Positions 20,610 through 32,764 of a stretch of DNA of 64,000 bases are shown here, one piece after another (the first letter of the stretch is position 1; each line of letters begins with the position of its first letter). Both the position numbers and the translations under genes were made by a program. This DNA is from an uncultured bacterium (GTDB lineage: Bacteria; Zixibacteria; MSB-5A5; CAIYYT01): assembly GCA_963726455.1 (NCBI GenBank), contig CAVSCK010000004.1, forward strand, positions 1,630,857 through 1,694,856, in the 5' to 3' direction. The notes under the pieces are model-generated. The model was not told the DNA's origin. It searched no databases and saw only the letters and a list, made by a program, of their open reading frames with translations.

Positions 20610-21530
20610 TCAATCAGTTGAGACATCCGGCAACTTGGTAAACGTCCAGGTCTGCATAGGCCTTTCCGGGAAAATTACCTGCCTGGCGATACGCGATTGC
20701 CATTCCGGATTGTTAGTCAGTCGCGAATCCTTCTCAATGTGGATGAGAATGATGCGGTCGGGTTTGATTATATCCCGCACGAGTGTCTGACCGAATGTGA
20801 GACGTTCGTAAGAGTTCCAGCGCGGCACAAACGCCAGATCAATCGGGTGCTTGTCAAAACCGTATTTTTCGTAGCGAAGTCGGTTGTCGAGCGAGGCATC
20901 GCCTGAGTGATAGATGTTGTAGTCGCCCAGCGCGAAAATAAATTCGAGATGCTCAAGATCGCGATTGCCATCGATCTGTTCGCCGGTTACCGAATCGGTG
21001 ACGCCAGAGGGCAAATGCGGTGTTCGGATCGCCTTCATCCATATTCCTGAATGTGTAAATTCGACTGCCGAGTCGCTGGGAATTGAGACGGCCCTGACGC
21101 GACTCTTAATCTCGCTATAGTGTTCTTCCTTCGCCAGCATTTTGTCTGCCTGACCCGTGCAAACCACAATGGCCTTCGAGTTATGAAGTAGATGCTCGAC
21201 CGCAAACCGTGGATTGAAGTGATCGGGGTGATTGTGCGTATAGGCAATAATCTGGACGTCATCAAATGGCGGTTTGGCATTGGTCATGAGCTCCCGCACG
21301 CTGTCAGACGCAACATAGCACCAATCACTCTTGAAACCGCCGAACGGTGCATCGATGAGAATCTTGCTTCCGCCGCTTTGCACCATGAAACCGGCATTGG
21401 CAATATTGGTGACGACAAGTTCCTTGTCTCGATTGCTGCCGCTGCATGCGACGATGACTAGCAACGTGATAAGCCGGATTATCCTTCTGATACGCACGAA
21501 ACAGAGTCGCATACCTCTCACTTTCGTCAA
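20610..21530 (-). CDS. MBL-fold metallo-hydrolase, lipoprotein-type signal peptide
   Basis: HNHPDH and HSGD motifs. Confidence 0.65.
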   Translation of the reverse strand: MTKVRGMRLCFVRIRRIIRLITLLVIVACSGSNRDKELVVTNIANAGFMVQSGGSKILIDAPFGGFKSDWCYVASDSVRELMTNAKPPFDDVQIIAYTHNHPDHFNPRFAVEHLLHNSKAIVVCTGQADKMLAKEEHYSEIKSRVRAVSIPSDSAVEFTHSGIWMKAIRTPHLPSGVTDSVTGEQIDGNRDLEHLEFIFALGDYNIYHSGDASLDNRLRYEKYGFDKHPIDLAFVPRWNSYERLTFGQTLVRDIIKPDRIILIHIEKDSRLTNNPEWQSRIARQVIFPERPMQTWTFTKLPDVSTD

Positions 21531-21824
21531 AATGTAGGGCCTTCGATCATCGCCGGAAAAGGCGACGCTACAAAGTAGCTTTTTCTTGAGCGAAAGTCAG
21601 GGAATTTCTGACAAATGTGATGATGGCCACTCAAGGTAACGTATTACCCCACAAAGAGTTAAATCAGTTTAAAATCCGCACACTAGCCGTCCTGCAGCTT
21701 TGTCGATAACCTGTGGGAGGGGCACACGGGGTAACAGGATAAGTAACAGAACATAGCTAATGATTTTTTCGCGATCGGCGCGCGCCTCGGGTACAAGGTA
21801 CGCGTTGGGGAGGAGTATTTCGTC

Positions 21825-24800
21825 ATGAAAAAGGGCAAAAAGGTCTTCAGCGTATGCGCTGTTGTGATCTGCGTCTTTGTTTTCGAGATGGTCAACGCAG
21901 CGACGGCAATGGGGCTAACTATTTCCGGCAATGTAGGTATCGGCGGCGCGACACTCAGCTTCGGAACTGACTCAGTTGCGACGGCAGACGGGGTAGGTGA
22001 CTACATATTCGATGTTCCCTCTGATTGGGTCGGTGTTGTAAAGCCAAGCTTGGCGGGATACACTTTCTCTCCGGACAGTATGGTCTACACGAACATTCTG
22101 GTCGATCAAAGTGCTCAGAATTATTTGCTCCTGTCTGTGACCATTTCGGGTAACGCAGGTGTGGCAGGCGCCACGATAAGTTACGGTGCTGACTCGACAA
22201 CGACTGCTGACGGCAGCGGCAATTACTCGCTGGTAGTGCCCTATGATTGGACAGGAACGATCACACCTAGCTTGGCAGGATACACGTTCAATCCGACGCA
22301 TCTCGATTTCGCTAATGTCGTGGCAAGTCAGTCAGGACAGAACTTTGCGCTGGCATCGGTAACGATCTCGGGCAGTGCCGGCATAGCTGCTGCCACACTC
22401 ACATTCGGCACGGACTCAACAACGACCGCTGACGGCAGTGGCAACTATTCGCTACTCGTCCCCTACGACTGGACAGGGACAATTACGCCGAGCTTAGCCG
22501 GATATACGTTTAATCCGACGCATCTTGATCTTGCGAATGTGGTTGCCAGCCAATCGGGACAGAACTTTGCGCTGGCATCGGTAACGATCTCGGGTAGCGC
22601 TGGGATAGCGGGTGCGACACTGACGTTTGGCACGGACTCGACAACGACGGCGGACGGCAGCGGCAACTATTCGCTACTCGTCCCCTACGACTGGACAGGG
22701 ACAATTACGCCGAGCTTAGCCGGATATACGTTCAATCCGACACATCTCGATTACGCCAATGTCGTGGCAAGTCAATCAGGACAGAACTTCGCGCTGGCAT
22801 CGGTGACGATCTCGGGTAGTGCCGGCATCGCGGGTGCGACACTAACGTTCGGCACGGATTCAATGACTACGGCTGACGGGAGTGGCAACTATTCCCTGCT
22901 TGTCCCCTACGACTGGACAGGAACGATCACGCCGAGCTTGGCAGGGTATACTTTCAATCCGACACACCGCGACTTTGCGAATATAGTAGCGAGTCAATCG
23001 GGACAGAACTTTGCGCTGGCATCCGTGACCATATCTGGCAGTGCTGGAATAGCCGGTGCGACATTGACATTCGGCACGGACTCGACAACGACTGCCGACG
23101 GCAGTGGCAATTATTCGCTACTTGTCCCCTACGACTGGACAGGAACGATCACGCCGAGCTTAGCCGGATATACGTTTCAATCCGACACATCGTGACTTTG
23201 CGAATGTGGTTGCCAGCCAATCGGGACAGAACTTTGCGCTGGCATCGGTAACGATCTCGGGTAGCGCGGGAATCGCGGGCGCAACACTGACGTTTGGTAC
23301 TGATTCTACAACGACCGCGGACGGCAGTGGTAATTACACGCTGGTGGTGCCATACGATTGGACAGGGACGATCACTCCGAGTCTGGCCGGATATACGTTC
23401 AATCCGACACATCTCGACTTTGCGAATGTGGTGGCCAGCCAATCGGGACAGAACTTTGCGCTGGCATCGGTAACGATCTCGGGTAGCGCTGGTATAGCGG
23501 GTGCGACACTGACGTTTGGCACGGACTCGACAACGACGGCGGACGGCAGCGGCAATTATTCGCTACTCGTCCCCTACGACTGGACAGGGACAATTACGCC
23601 GAGTTTGGCTGGATACACGTTCAATCCGACCCATCTTGACTTTGCGAATGTCGTGGCAAGTCAGTCGGGACAGAATTTTGCGCTGGCATCGGTAACGATC
23701 TCGGGTAGTGCCGGTATCGCGGGTGCGACACTGACGTTTGGAACAGACTCCACGACGACCGCTGACGGCAGTGGCAACTATTCGCTGACTCGTCCCCTAC
23801 GACTGGACAGGAACAATCACGCCGAGCTTAGCCGGATATACGTTTAATCCGACGCATCTTGATCTTGCGAATGTGGTTGCCAGCCAATCGGGACAGAACT
23901 TTGCGCTGGCATCGGTAACGATCTCGGGTAGCGCGGGAATCGCGGGCGCAACACTGACGTTTGGTACTGATTCTACAACGACCGCGGACGGCAGTGGTAA
24001 TTACACGCTGGTGGTGCCATACGATTGGACAGGGATGATCACTCCGAGTCTGGCCGGGTATACGTTTCAATCCGACGCATCTCGATCTACGCCAATGTCG
24101 TGGCAAGTCAATCAGGAGAGAACTTCGCGCTGGCATCGGTAACGATCTCGGGTAGTGCCGGTATCGCGGGTGCGACACTGACGTTTGGAACAGACTCGAC
24201 GACGACCGCTGATGGCAGTGGCAATTACTCGCTGCTTGTCCCCTACGACTGGACAGGGACAATTGCGCCGAGTTTGGCTGGATACACGTTCAATCCGACC
24301 CATCTTGACTTTGCGAATGTGGTGGCAAGTCAGTCGGGACAGAATTTTGCCTTGGCATCAGTAACGATCTCGGGTAGTGCGGGAATCGCGGGTGCGACAC
24401 TGACGTTTGGAACAGACTCCACAACGACCGCTGATGGCAGTGGCAATTACTCGCTGCTTGTCCCCTACGACTGGACGGGTACAATTACACCGAGTTTGGC
24501 TGGATACACGTTCGATCCGACCCATCTTGACTTTGCGAATGTGGTGGCAAGTCAGTCGGGACAGAATTTTGCGCTTGGCATCAGTAACGATCTCGGGTAG
24601 CGCGGGAATCGCGGGTGCGACACTGACGTTTGGAACAGACTCCACAACGACCGCTGATGGCAGTGGCAATTACTCGCTGCTTGTCCCCTACGACTGGACG
24701 GGTACGATTACACCGAGTCTGGCCGGATATACGTTCAATCCGACACATCTCGATTTTGCGAATGTGGTGGCAAGTCAATCAGGACAGAACTTTGCGCTGG

Positions 24801-27386
24801 CATCGGTAACGATCTCGGGTAGTGCCGGTATCGCGGGTGCGACACTGACGTTTGGAACAGACTCCACGACGACCGCTGATGGCAGTGGCAATTACTCGCT
24901 GGTCGTGCCGTACGATTGGACGGGTAGCGGTTACGCCGAGCAAGACAGGATATACTTTCACCGCAACGCACCTGGACTTCACTAATGTAGCGGCGAGCCA
25001 GTTGGGGCAGAACTTCCTGGCATCTCTGATCATCTATACGATTTCCGGCAACGCAGGAACGACCGGTGTGACGATCAGCTACGGAACCGATTCCTCGACC
25101 GTGGTTGACGGGATCGGCGATTACACATTCAATGTGCCGTACGACTGGACCGGTACAGCAACTCCGAGCAAGACGGGATATACATTCTCGCCGACACATA
25201 TCGATTACGCGAACGTCCTGGCAAATCAGACAAGCCAGAACTATGCAGTTGTGTCGCTGACAATTTCCGGCAACGCGGGCGTGGCGGGCGCGACAATGAC
25301 GTTCGGAACGGATTCGACGGCAACCGCCGACGGTAGCGGCAATCACTCGCTGGTAGTGCCTTATGATTGGACGGGTACGGTCACGCCAAGCATGACGGGG
25401 TACACGTTCAATCCGACGCACCTGGATTTCGCGAATGTCGTGGCAAGCCAGACAGGACAGAATTTCGCGCTGGCTTCTGTAACGATCTCGGGTAATGCCG
25501 GAGTTGCAGGCGCGACATTGACCTTCGGAACGGATTCCACAGCTATTGCCGATGGCAGCGGCGATTACTCGCTGGTCGTGCCGTACGATTGGACGGGAGC
25601 GGTCACGCCGAGTTTGGATGGATACACTTTCAGCCCGACTCACCGCGATTACGCCAATGTAGTACTCAATCAACTCGCCCAGAATTATGGGCTCGGCAAC
25701 CTGACTATTTCCGGTAATGCAGGTATCGCCGGCGCCACACTGACATTCGGCACCGATTCAACAACAATATCCGATGGCAGCGGCAATTACTCATTAATCG
25801 TGCCGTACGACTGGACGGGGACGATAACGCCGAGTCTGACCGGGTATACATTCAATCCGACGCATCTCGACTTCACAAATGTTGTGTTGGCACAGTCAGG
25901 ACAGAACTTTGCGCTGGCTACAGTAACGATCTCCGGAAGCGCAGGAATTGCCGCGGCAACGATAGCTTTCGGAACCGATTCGACAGTGATTGCCGACGGC
26001 AGCGGCAATTACTCGCTGGTAGTGCCGTACGATTGGACGGGAACGATTACCCCGAGTTTGACGGGGTACACATTCAATCCCACCCATTTGGATTTTGCGA
26101 ATGTGGTGTTTAGCCAGACGGGCCAGGACTTTGTGATTGCATCACTTACTATTTCTGGCAATGCCGGAGCGCCTGACGTGACGCTGACGTTTGGAACCGA
26201 TTCAACAACAACCTCCGACGGCAGCGGCGACTATTCGGCCGTGGTTCCGTACGATTGGACGGGCACGATTACGCCGAGCAAGACCGGGTACACATTCAAT
26301 CCGACACATCTTGATTTTGCGAACGTAGTGTTGAATCAGATGGGACAGGACTTTGGACTGGCGTCATTGACAATCTCCGGCAGTGCCGGGGTCGCGGGAG
26401 CAGCGCTGGCATACGGAACGGACTCGACCACAACGGCGGACGGCAGCGGCAATTACTCGCTGGCAGTGCCGTACGGCTGGACGGGGACGGTAACGCCTGG
26501 CAAGACGGGGTTTACTTTCACGCCGACGCAGCGCGCGTACACCAACGTGCAGGTCAGTCAGAACAATGTCGACTCGAACTTCGTAGCGACCGCGATTACG
26601 TATACAATTTCCGGCAGCGCGGGCGTTGCCGGTGCCACGCTGAGTTACGATGATGGAGGTCCCTTGACTGCAACCAGCCAGGCGGACAGTACCTATTCGT
26701 TTACCGTCAGTTACAACTGGTCGGGAACGGTCACTCCGACCAAGACTGGGTACACATTTGCGCCGGCCAGTCGAACATACGCGAACGTATTGTCCGACCA
26801 GACCGCACCCGACTCGGATTATGTTGCAACTCCGATCACCTATACGATCTCGGGCCACGCTGGGTTGCCGGACGTAGTATTAAGCTGGACGGACGGCACG
26901 GCTAAGGCGGATACGGTCGGCACTGACAGTTTGTATTCATTCACGGTTTGTTACAATTGGTCGGGAATCGTCACGCCATCGCTGGATGGGTTCACGTTCA
27001 CTCCGGATAGCCGCGCGTACACAAATGTGCTGGCTCATCAGACCGGTCAGGATTATAGTCCGTCACTGGTTCTTGATGTTGAGCGCGATTTGAGCGCTGG
27101 CATTCCCAAGGAATATCAATTGCTGCAAAACTATCCCAATCCGTTCAATCCGAGCACGGCAATTCGATTTGATGTGCCGAAGACAAGCTCGGTCAATCTG
27201 AAGATCTACAACGTGATCGGGCAGGAAGTGGCTACGCTCTTGTCGCGGGAGCTTCCGGCCGGCGCGTTTAAGGTTTACTGGAATGGCACGGACAAAACAG
27301 GCAAAGACGTTTCGAGCGGAGTATACTTCTATCGCATAACGGCGGGAGACTTTGTTGACACTAGAAAGATGATTCTGATGAAGTAA
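21825..27386 (+). pseudogene. Giant T9SS-sorted surface protein built from about 23 tandem 74-aa repeats with a C-terminal Por-secretion sorting domain; interrupted by at least five single-nucleotide indels (near 23170, 23786, 24050-24075, 24585, 24935)
   Basis: Six consecutive same-strand ORFs (21825..23195, 23206..23847, 23873..24142, 24025..24600, 24407..24985, 24852..27386) carry the same repeat (SGNYSLLVPYDWTGTITPSLAGYTFNPTHLDFANVVASQSGQNFALASVTISGSAGIAGATLTFGTDSTTTADG). The signal peptide sits at the N-terminus and the T9SS CTD (NPFNPST ... YFYRI) at the end. Confidence 0.7.
22350..24905 (+). repeat. Near-identical 222-bp tandem repeats (coding); more diverged copies extend across 21918..27060
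   Basis: 222-nt periodicity read directly from the sequence. Confidence 0.8.
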
Positions 27387-27464
27387 TCTTTCGACGAATG
27401 TGGGCACCTCGCGATTCTTCGTACGGTGTGTCCCAGTGAATCTTCCGTAACGCCTGAAACAAGA

Positions 27465-27498
27465 GAAGCCCTCACGACAGTGAGGGCTTCTTTCATTC
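27465..27498. terminator. Bidirectional intrinsic terminator (11-bp perfect stem gaagccctcac / gtgagggcttc, loop gaca) between convergent genes
   Basis: Direct read of the sequence. Confidence 0.5.
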
Positions 27499-27515
27499 AG
27501 CAATTTCCAATCAGT

Positions 27516-29024
27516 CTATTTTATCTGCAGCGTCATCGGATCGCGCAATGGAATATTGGTGATCGGGCCGAAGTCGGTCACCTTCTCCGTGTGTTTGTCT
27601 GATCCCTGCAAAATCGCGTCGGGGTCGCCGATGATGAGAAACACCAATTGATCGGGATGCAGATATTTCTGCGCCACAGCCAACACATCATCGGGCGTCA
27701 CGGCGGCCATGTTCTTCGTGTAGTTCTGCCAGTAATCATCAGGGCGATGAGTGTAGTCGTCATCCGCAAAGGTATTGACGATGCTGTTCTTGCTGGAGAA
27801 AGGATTAACGACGTCGCTGATAAAACTCGCCTTGGTATTGTTGACGATTTGCGTGTCGCACTTTTCGGAGCGGATGCGATTGATTTCACCGATAATCAAG
27901 CTGGTTCCGAAAGCAACCGTTGCATGTTTGGTCTGGAACCAGGCCTGGAAGGTGCCGGGGTACAACACGGGACGATCAAAGCTGCTGCCGGCGTTGTAGG
28001 CCAAGCCCTCGTCGGAGCGAACGCGACGGACGATGCGCGAATTGAAACCGCCGCCGCCAAGAATGTCATTCATAACCAACAGCGCGTACTGATCGGGAAT
28101 GTCACGCTTGACGCCGAGATGTCCGACGCGAATTCGTGACTGGTTGACATCCTCTTTCTTGATCATATAAACGCCCGGTTTGGGCTGAGCAATTTGATCG
28201 GGAATGGTCGGCAGTTCCAGTTGCTGATTCGGCCAGTCAGCGAAGAGCTTGTCCAGCTTGGCCAGAATGTCGGCGGTTTTGAAATCGCCGGAAATGGCCA
28301 AAGTAAAATTCTTCGGGAAGAAGTACTTGTTATGGAACGCGATCATATCCTCGCGGGAAATCGAATTTATCGATTGTTCGGTACGGCGCAGAGGCATCGT
28401 GCAGGGGTTATCGCCATACATGAGAAACGCCCACTCGCGTGATTCAATGGCGGCATTGTTGGCATTGCGCTGCTTCATTTCCGAGATCACGTCACCGCGA
28501 TAACGGTTGAGAGCTGAGGTATCGAACTGAGGTGACTGCAAGACTTTCTTCATCAGACCCAGACCTTCGTCGATGTCTTTGGAGAGGCAAAAGAGACTGG
28601 CTCTCCCCTGCGAGCCAGCGATGTTAACCGAGACCTCGCCTGCCAGAAACGCAAGCCGCTCATCAAGCTGCTTGGCGGTCATGCCCTGAATACCACCGTT
28701 TCGCATCAGGTAACCGGTGAAGTCAGCCAGCCCGGCTTTTTCGACCGGTTCATAGATCGAGCCGGTGCGAACCAGAATCGTCATGTCGAAAGTCGGTACG
28801 GTTGAATTCTCGACCACGTAGGCGGTGGCGCCGCACTTGAGAGTGTGTCGGTAACCGTCCGGTTTGGGTGGCTGATATTTGAGCTCGGGGTACTTAAGTA
28901 AATCGGGGTGAGATACGATGTCGGCGGCGAGCAGCGCCGGGCTAATCGCGAACGACAGAACAAATGCGCATATCAGCGCAGTTGCGAGTCTCCGCTCGAG
29001 CAGCAGTGTATATTTGTTAATCAT
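27516..29024 (-). CDS. M16-family peptidase, probable non-catalytic partner subunit; signal peptide
   Basis: Insulinase-like family with no HxxEH motif. Paired with the adjacent M16 gene. Confidence 0.6.
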   Translation of the reverse strand: MINKYTLLLERRLATALICAFVLSFAISPALLAADIVSHPDLLKYPELKYQPPKPDGYRHTLKCGATAYVVENSTVPTFDMTILVRTGSIYEPVEKAGLADFTGYLMRNGGIQGMTAKQLDERLAFLAGEVSVNIAGSQGRASLFCLSKDIDEGLGLMKKVLQSPQFDTSALNRYRGDVISEMKQRNANNAAIESREWAFLMYGDNPCTMPLRRTEQSINSISREDMIAFHNKYFFPKNFTLAISGDFKTADILAKLDKLFADWPNQQLELPTIPDQIAQPKPGVYMIKKEDVNQSRIRVGHLGVKRDIPDQYALLVMNDILGGGGFNSRIVRRVRSDEGLAYNAGSSFDRPVLYPGTFQAWFQTKHATVAFGTSLIIGEINRIRSEKCDTQIVNNTKASFISDVVNPFSSKNSIVNTFADDDYTHRPDDYWQNYTKNMAAVTPDDVLAVAQKYLHPDQLVFLIIGDPDAILQGSDKHTEKVTDFGPITNIPLRDPMTLQIK

Positions 29025-29048
29025 TCATATTCTCCTTCAATGCAAACC

Positions 29049-30854
29049 CTATTTGTCCTTGGCAGATTTGAGCTCTTTGAGACGGTCGTTGGCGATCTTG
29101 AGCAGAGTTTCCATCTGTGCCTTTTCCTTGGGATCGTCCAACTTGTCCATCTGAGCAGAGAGCATACCGATCATCTGTTCCAGCCGGGCAGCATCTTTGG
29201 ATCCCTTGATCATCTGCGTGAATTGCGCCATTCGGGGATCTTCGCTACTGTCGCCGGACGCCGATGCCGTGGAATCGGCCTTGGTATTGATGAGCAGGAC
29301 GTTGCGTTGATTTTTGGCAAAGTAGGTATTCGCCACGCGCTGAACGTCAGCGGCGGTTACGAGATCGCGCTTCTTGGGGGCATTGTTGGCTTCAGACCAG
29401 TCGCCCAGAGCGGCGTTCTGGCCGAGATAGAAGATGATTCCCAGTCCCGACATGAAGTCTATGGAGCGGATGCTTTCTACACGAAGCTGGTTCTTTACTT
29501 TCTGTAATTCCTCTGCGGACACAGGGTTCTTCTGCAGGTCATCCAAGACTTCGTAAACGGCAGACTCGAGTTGTTCGGGCTTGACACCGGATAACCCTTC
29601 GGCGGAAATTTCGAAGGCGCCGGCATATTTGCGGGAATCCTGAGCAGCGTCGATTGCCAGACTCCGTCCGCCGCCACCCATCATTCGGCCCCCACCTCCA
29701 CCGGAAGAGCTCTTGGCGATGCCTTTGTCCTCGACAAGCTTTTTGTACAGACGACCGGTTTTGCCTCCCATAATTCCGGCCAGCACGTCAAGCGAGTAGC
29801 TGTCGGCATGTTTCCAGGGCACAGTGTGGTACCAAATCTCGACGGTGGGATCGGTTTCCGCTTCGGCGAACATTTCCTTTTCGCCGTACTGTTTCTCTTC
29901 AAGGGTAACGACATCAGGCGGCGGTGTCTTACCCGGAGGAATCGAATTGAAATACTTCCTGACCATGGTCATGGTTTCATCCGGCTTGATATCGCCAACC
30001 AGAATCATGGTCAAATTGTTCGGTGAATAATATGTATTGTAGTAAGTATCGGCTTGTTCTTTGGTTATGGAGCCGAGATCGGACGGCCAGCCGAGAACCT
30101 CCCAGCGGTAGGATGAGGATTTCCAGAACATGGAGTTGAAATCCTCTTCAATGAGACCGGTAGGCGTCGATTCGAGACTCAGGCGGCGTTCTTCCCGCAC
30201 CACATCACGCTCGGAATAGAACTCACGGAACACCGGATGGCTGAAGCGATCGGATTCGAGCCACATAAAGAGCTCGACTTTATTGCTGGGAATGCGAACG
30301 AAATAGCCGGTCATGTCCTGCGAAGTAAAGGCGTTCAGGAAATTGCCGCCGTTCTTGGTGTAGATTTCGTCGAGCTGGTCTTTGATAATCAATTCACGTT
30401 CGGCCAGAACGAGACTATCGAAGACCGTTTCCAGAGCCCGATAGCGCGGGGTCTTGGCAGCGGGATCGGTCATATCGGCAATCTGTCCGCGCCGATATTC
30501 CTCGCGCATAATGCGCTCTTCCTCGCGCATCAACGTGCGGAGTGAATCCAGTTTGGCCATGACTTCGCGGTCTTTCTTGATGTCCGTGGTGCCGATCTTC
30601 TCGGAACCCTTGAACATCATATGCTCGAACAAGTGCGATATGCCCGTGATGCCGGCCTGTTCATTGGCGGAGCCGACGCGGGCGAAAATCGATGCCATCA
30701 CGACTGGCGCATCATGCCGCTCAACCATGAGCACCTGCATTCCGTTGTCGAGTTTGTATTCCTTGGCATCGATTGTTTGGGCGGCTGCGGGGATGGCAGC
30801 AGCGAAAATCATCAGCAGACATATCATGGCTGCTACAGCAAAGCGATTACACAC
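29049..30854 (-). CDS. M16-family zinc peptidase (insulinase/pitrilysin-like) with Gly-rich insert and Lys-rich C-terminal tail
   Basis: Inverted zinc-binding motif HLFEH (HxxEH). GTG start 5 nt after an AAGGAG Shine-Dalgarno. Signal peptide. Confidence 0.7.
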   Translation of the reverse strand: MCNRFAVAAMICLLMIFAAAIPAAAQTIDAKEYKLDNGMQVLMVERHDAPVVMASIFARVGSANEQAGITGISHLFEHMMFKGSEKIGTTDIKKDREVMAKLDSLRTLMREEERIMREEYRRGQIADMTDPAAKTPRYRALETVFDSLVLAERELIIKDQLDEIYTKNGGNFLNAFTSQDMTGYFVRIPSNKVELFMWLESDRFSHPVFREFYSERDVVREERRLSLESTPTGLIEEDFNSMFWKSSSYRWEVLGWPSDLGSITKEQADTYYNTYYSPNNLTMILVGDIKPDETMTMVRKYFNSIPPGKTPPPDVVTLEEKQYGEKEMFAEAETDPTVEIWYHTVPWKHADSYSLDVLAGIMGGKTGRLYKKLVEDKGIAKSSSGGGGGRMMGGGGRSLAIDAAQDSRKYAGAFEISAEGLSGVKPEQLESAVYEVLDDLQKNPVSAEELQKVKNQLRVESIRSIDFMSGLGIIFYLGQNAALGDWSEANNAPKKRDLVTAADVQRVANTYFAKNQRNVLLINTKADSTASASGDSSEDPRMAQFTQMIKGSKDAARLEQMIGMLSAQMDKLDDPKEKAQMETLLKIANDRLKELKSAKDK

Positions 30855-31188
30855 CTTCCACTCCTTAGTGAGATTGCGGGTTTCTCTGATCAATGGTACT
30901 TCCTCCGTGACAGGTTGAAGGATCAGGATAGTCTGCAAGCTGCGGACTGTCAAGCCCATACGGACTATCGGGGAATGTATTTGCCGACAGCGGGTTTGGG
31001 TCGTTTTGGAGGAGCGAGGAACAGGCAGCCAAGGTTCATCACGCCGCTCTGAACTCCCCTTGCCTTTGGAAGTGCGACAATGTAGATTGGAGCATTGCGC
31101 GAGAGATTTCGCGTAGCCCGATGCTTATCGTAAATCGTATAAGTAATGGGCAGGGTTATGAAAAGAGTTTGACAAGGCGAGGTTTGAA

Positions 31189-32067
31189 ATGTTGACGGAT
31201 AAAGACTTCCAGTTGAAGGTTGGTTTGGCGGAGATGCTCAAGGGCGGCGTCATCATGGACGTAACCAATGCCGACCAGGCCAAGATAGCCGAAGACGCCG
31301 GTGCTGTTGCAGTGATGGCGCTGGAGCGGGTACCGGCTGACATTCGGAAGGCCGGCGGTGTCGCCAGAATGGCAGCTATCGAAAAGATCGAGGAGATTCA
31401 GCGTTCGGTGCAGATTCCGGTGATGGCGAAATGCCGGATCGGACATTTTGCGGAAGCGGAGTTGCTGCAGGAACTCAAAGTTGATTACATCGACGAGTCA
31501 GAGGTGCTCACTCCGGCTGACGAAGAAAATCACATTGAAAAGCACCAGTTCAAAATTCCGTTCGTGTGCGGCTGCCGTAATCTGGGTGAGGCAATGCGTC
31601 GTATCAACGAAGGCGCAGCCATGATCCGCACCAAGGGTGAAGCCGGTTCGGGCAATATCGTAGAAGCAGTCAGACACCTGCGAATGATTTACGGCGAAAT
31701 CGCGGCTCTCAAGAAACTCAATACCGAAAAGATGAAGAAGCTCGCCAAGGAAATGCGCGTGCCGGTCGAGTTGCTAAAGAAGACGGCACAACTGCAAGAC
31801 CTGCCGGTGCCGAACTTTGCAGCCGGTGGAATTGCCACTCCGGCCGACGCTGTGCTTTGCATGAAGCTGAGAGCGCAGGCGGTCTTTGTCGGCTCCGGTA
31901 TTTTCAAGTCCTCAAACCCGCAGGTAGTGGCCAAAGCGATTGTGACAGCTACCACTCATTACGATGATCCAGCGATCGTGCTGGAGGCGTCGCGTTCGCT
32001 TGGTGAAGCCATGCCGGGTCTGGAAATCAGCAAGATTCCAAAGGAAGAACAACTACAGTACCGATGA
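31189..32067 (+). CDS. pdxS: Pyridoxal 5'-phosphate synthase lyase subunit PdxS
   Basis: Strong family resemblance over 292 aa. Confidence 0.85.
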   Translation: MLTDKDFQLKVGLAEMLKGGVIMDVTNADQAKIAEDAGAVAVMALERVPADIRKAGGVARMAAIEKIEEIQRSVQIPVMAKCRIGHFAEAELLQELKVDYIDESEVLTPADEENHIEKHQFKIPFVCGCRNLGEAMRRINEGAAMIRTKGEAGSGNIVEAVRHLRMIYGEIAALKKLNTEKMKKLAKEMRVPVELLKKTAQLQDLPVPNFAAGGIATPADAVLCMKLRAQAVFVGSGIFKSSNPQVVAKAIVTATTHYDDPAIVLEASRSLGEAMPGLEISKIPKEEQLQYR

Positions 32068-32642
32068 AAGCGAAACCTTGGGTCGGAATTCTGGCCTTTC
32101 AGGGAGATTTCGCCAAACATCAGGAAGCATTCGCCAAACTTGGCTGCCTGACGCAGTTGGTGAAATCGAGTTGGCAATTGGCGAATATCGATTGCCTGGT
32201 GATTCCGGGTGGTGAGTCGTCGGTAATCGACCGCTTTATCAAGTCGCAGCAACTCGCCGAACCGATCAAACAATTCGCCGCGAAGAAACCGATCTGGGGC
32301 ACCTGCGCCGGAATGATTCTTCTGGCAAGAACAATCGATAATGACCCGCGTCTGGCGCCGTTGGACTTGCTGAATGTCACGGTTGACCGCAATGCCTACG
32401 GCAGGCAGTATGATTCCTTCGTCGATACGGGTGAGTTTACTGCCAACGGCAGGAGCGAGAAACTGGAGATGGTCTTTATACGCGCTCCGAAGATCACGGA
32501 AGTCGGGGAAGGCGTAAAAGTTCTCGGAACGTGCCGGAATGATTCTGTGATCGTGCAACAGGATAAAGTCGTCGCAACGACTTTTCATCCGGAAATGACC
32601 AAGTCTACGAGATTTCAGCAGTTTTTCTTATCGCTCATATGA
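32064..32642 (+). CDS. pdxT: Pyridoxal 5'-phosphate synthase glutaminase subunit PdxT
   Basis: GATase class I motifs (GGESS, GTCAGM). ATGA overlap with pdxS. Confidence 0.8.
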   Translation: MKAKPWVGILAFQGDFAKHQEAFAKLGCLTQLVKSSWQLANIDCLVIPGGESSVIDRFIKSQQLAEPIKQFAAKKPIWGTCAGMILLARTIDNDPRLAPLDLLNVTVDRNAYGRQYDSFVDTGEFTANGRSEKLEMVFIRAPKITEVGEGVKVLGTCRNDSVIVQQDKVVATTFHPEMTKSTRFQQFFLSLI

Positions 32643-32764
32643 CGTCGGACATGGGGATGACTGTCGGGTTTCTCGTCCGATGACGTAACCAGTTTGCTTT
32701 TCAGACTAGTTATAGAAGATTCTTGACTCAGTAAGGAGGGGCATTATCGGACTCGGAACGCGGC

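Noticed and set aside
21955-27000. Regular 222-bp tandem repeats that could be mistaken for a CRISPR-like array; many Cys/Arg-rich antisense ORFs (for example 22463..22666, 23828..24262, 24735..25673)
   Set aside because: The repeats are coding (a 74-aa unit in one consistent frame with signal peptide and T9SS tail) and have no unique spacers. Antisense ORFs are mirror artefacts of the GC-rich repeat.
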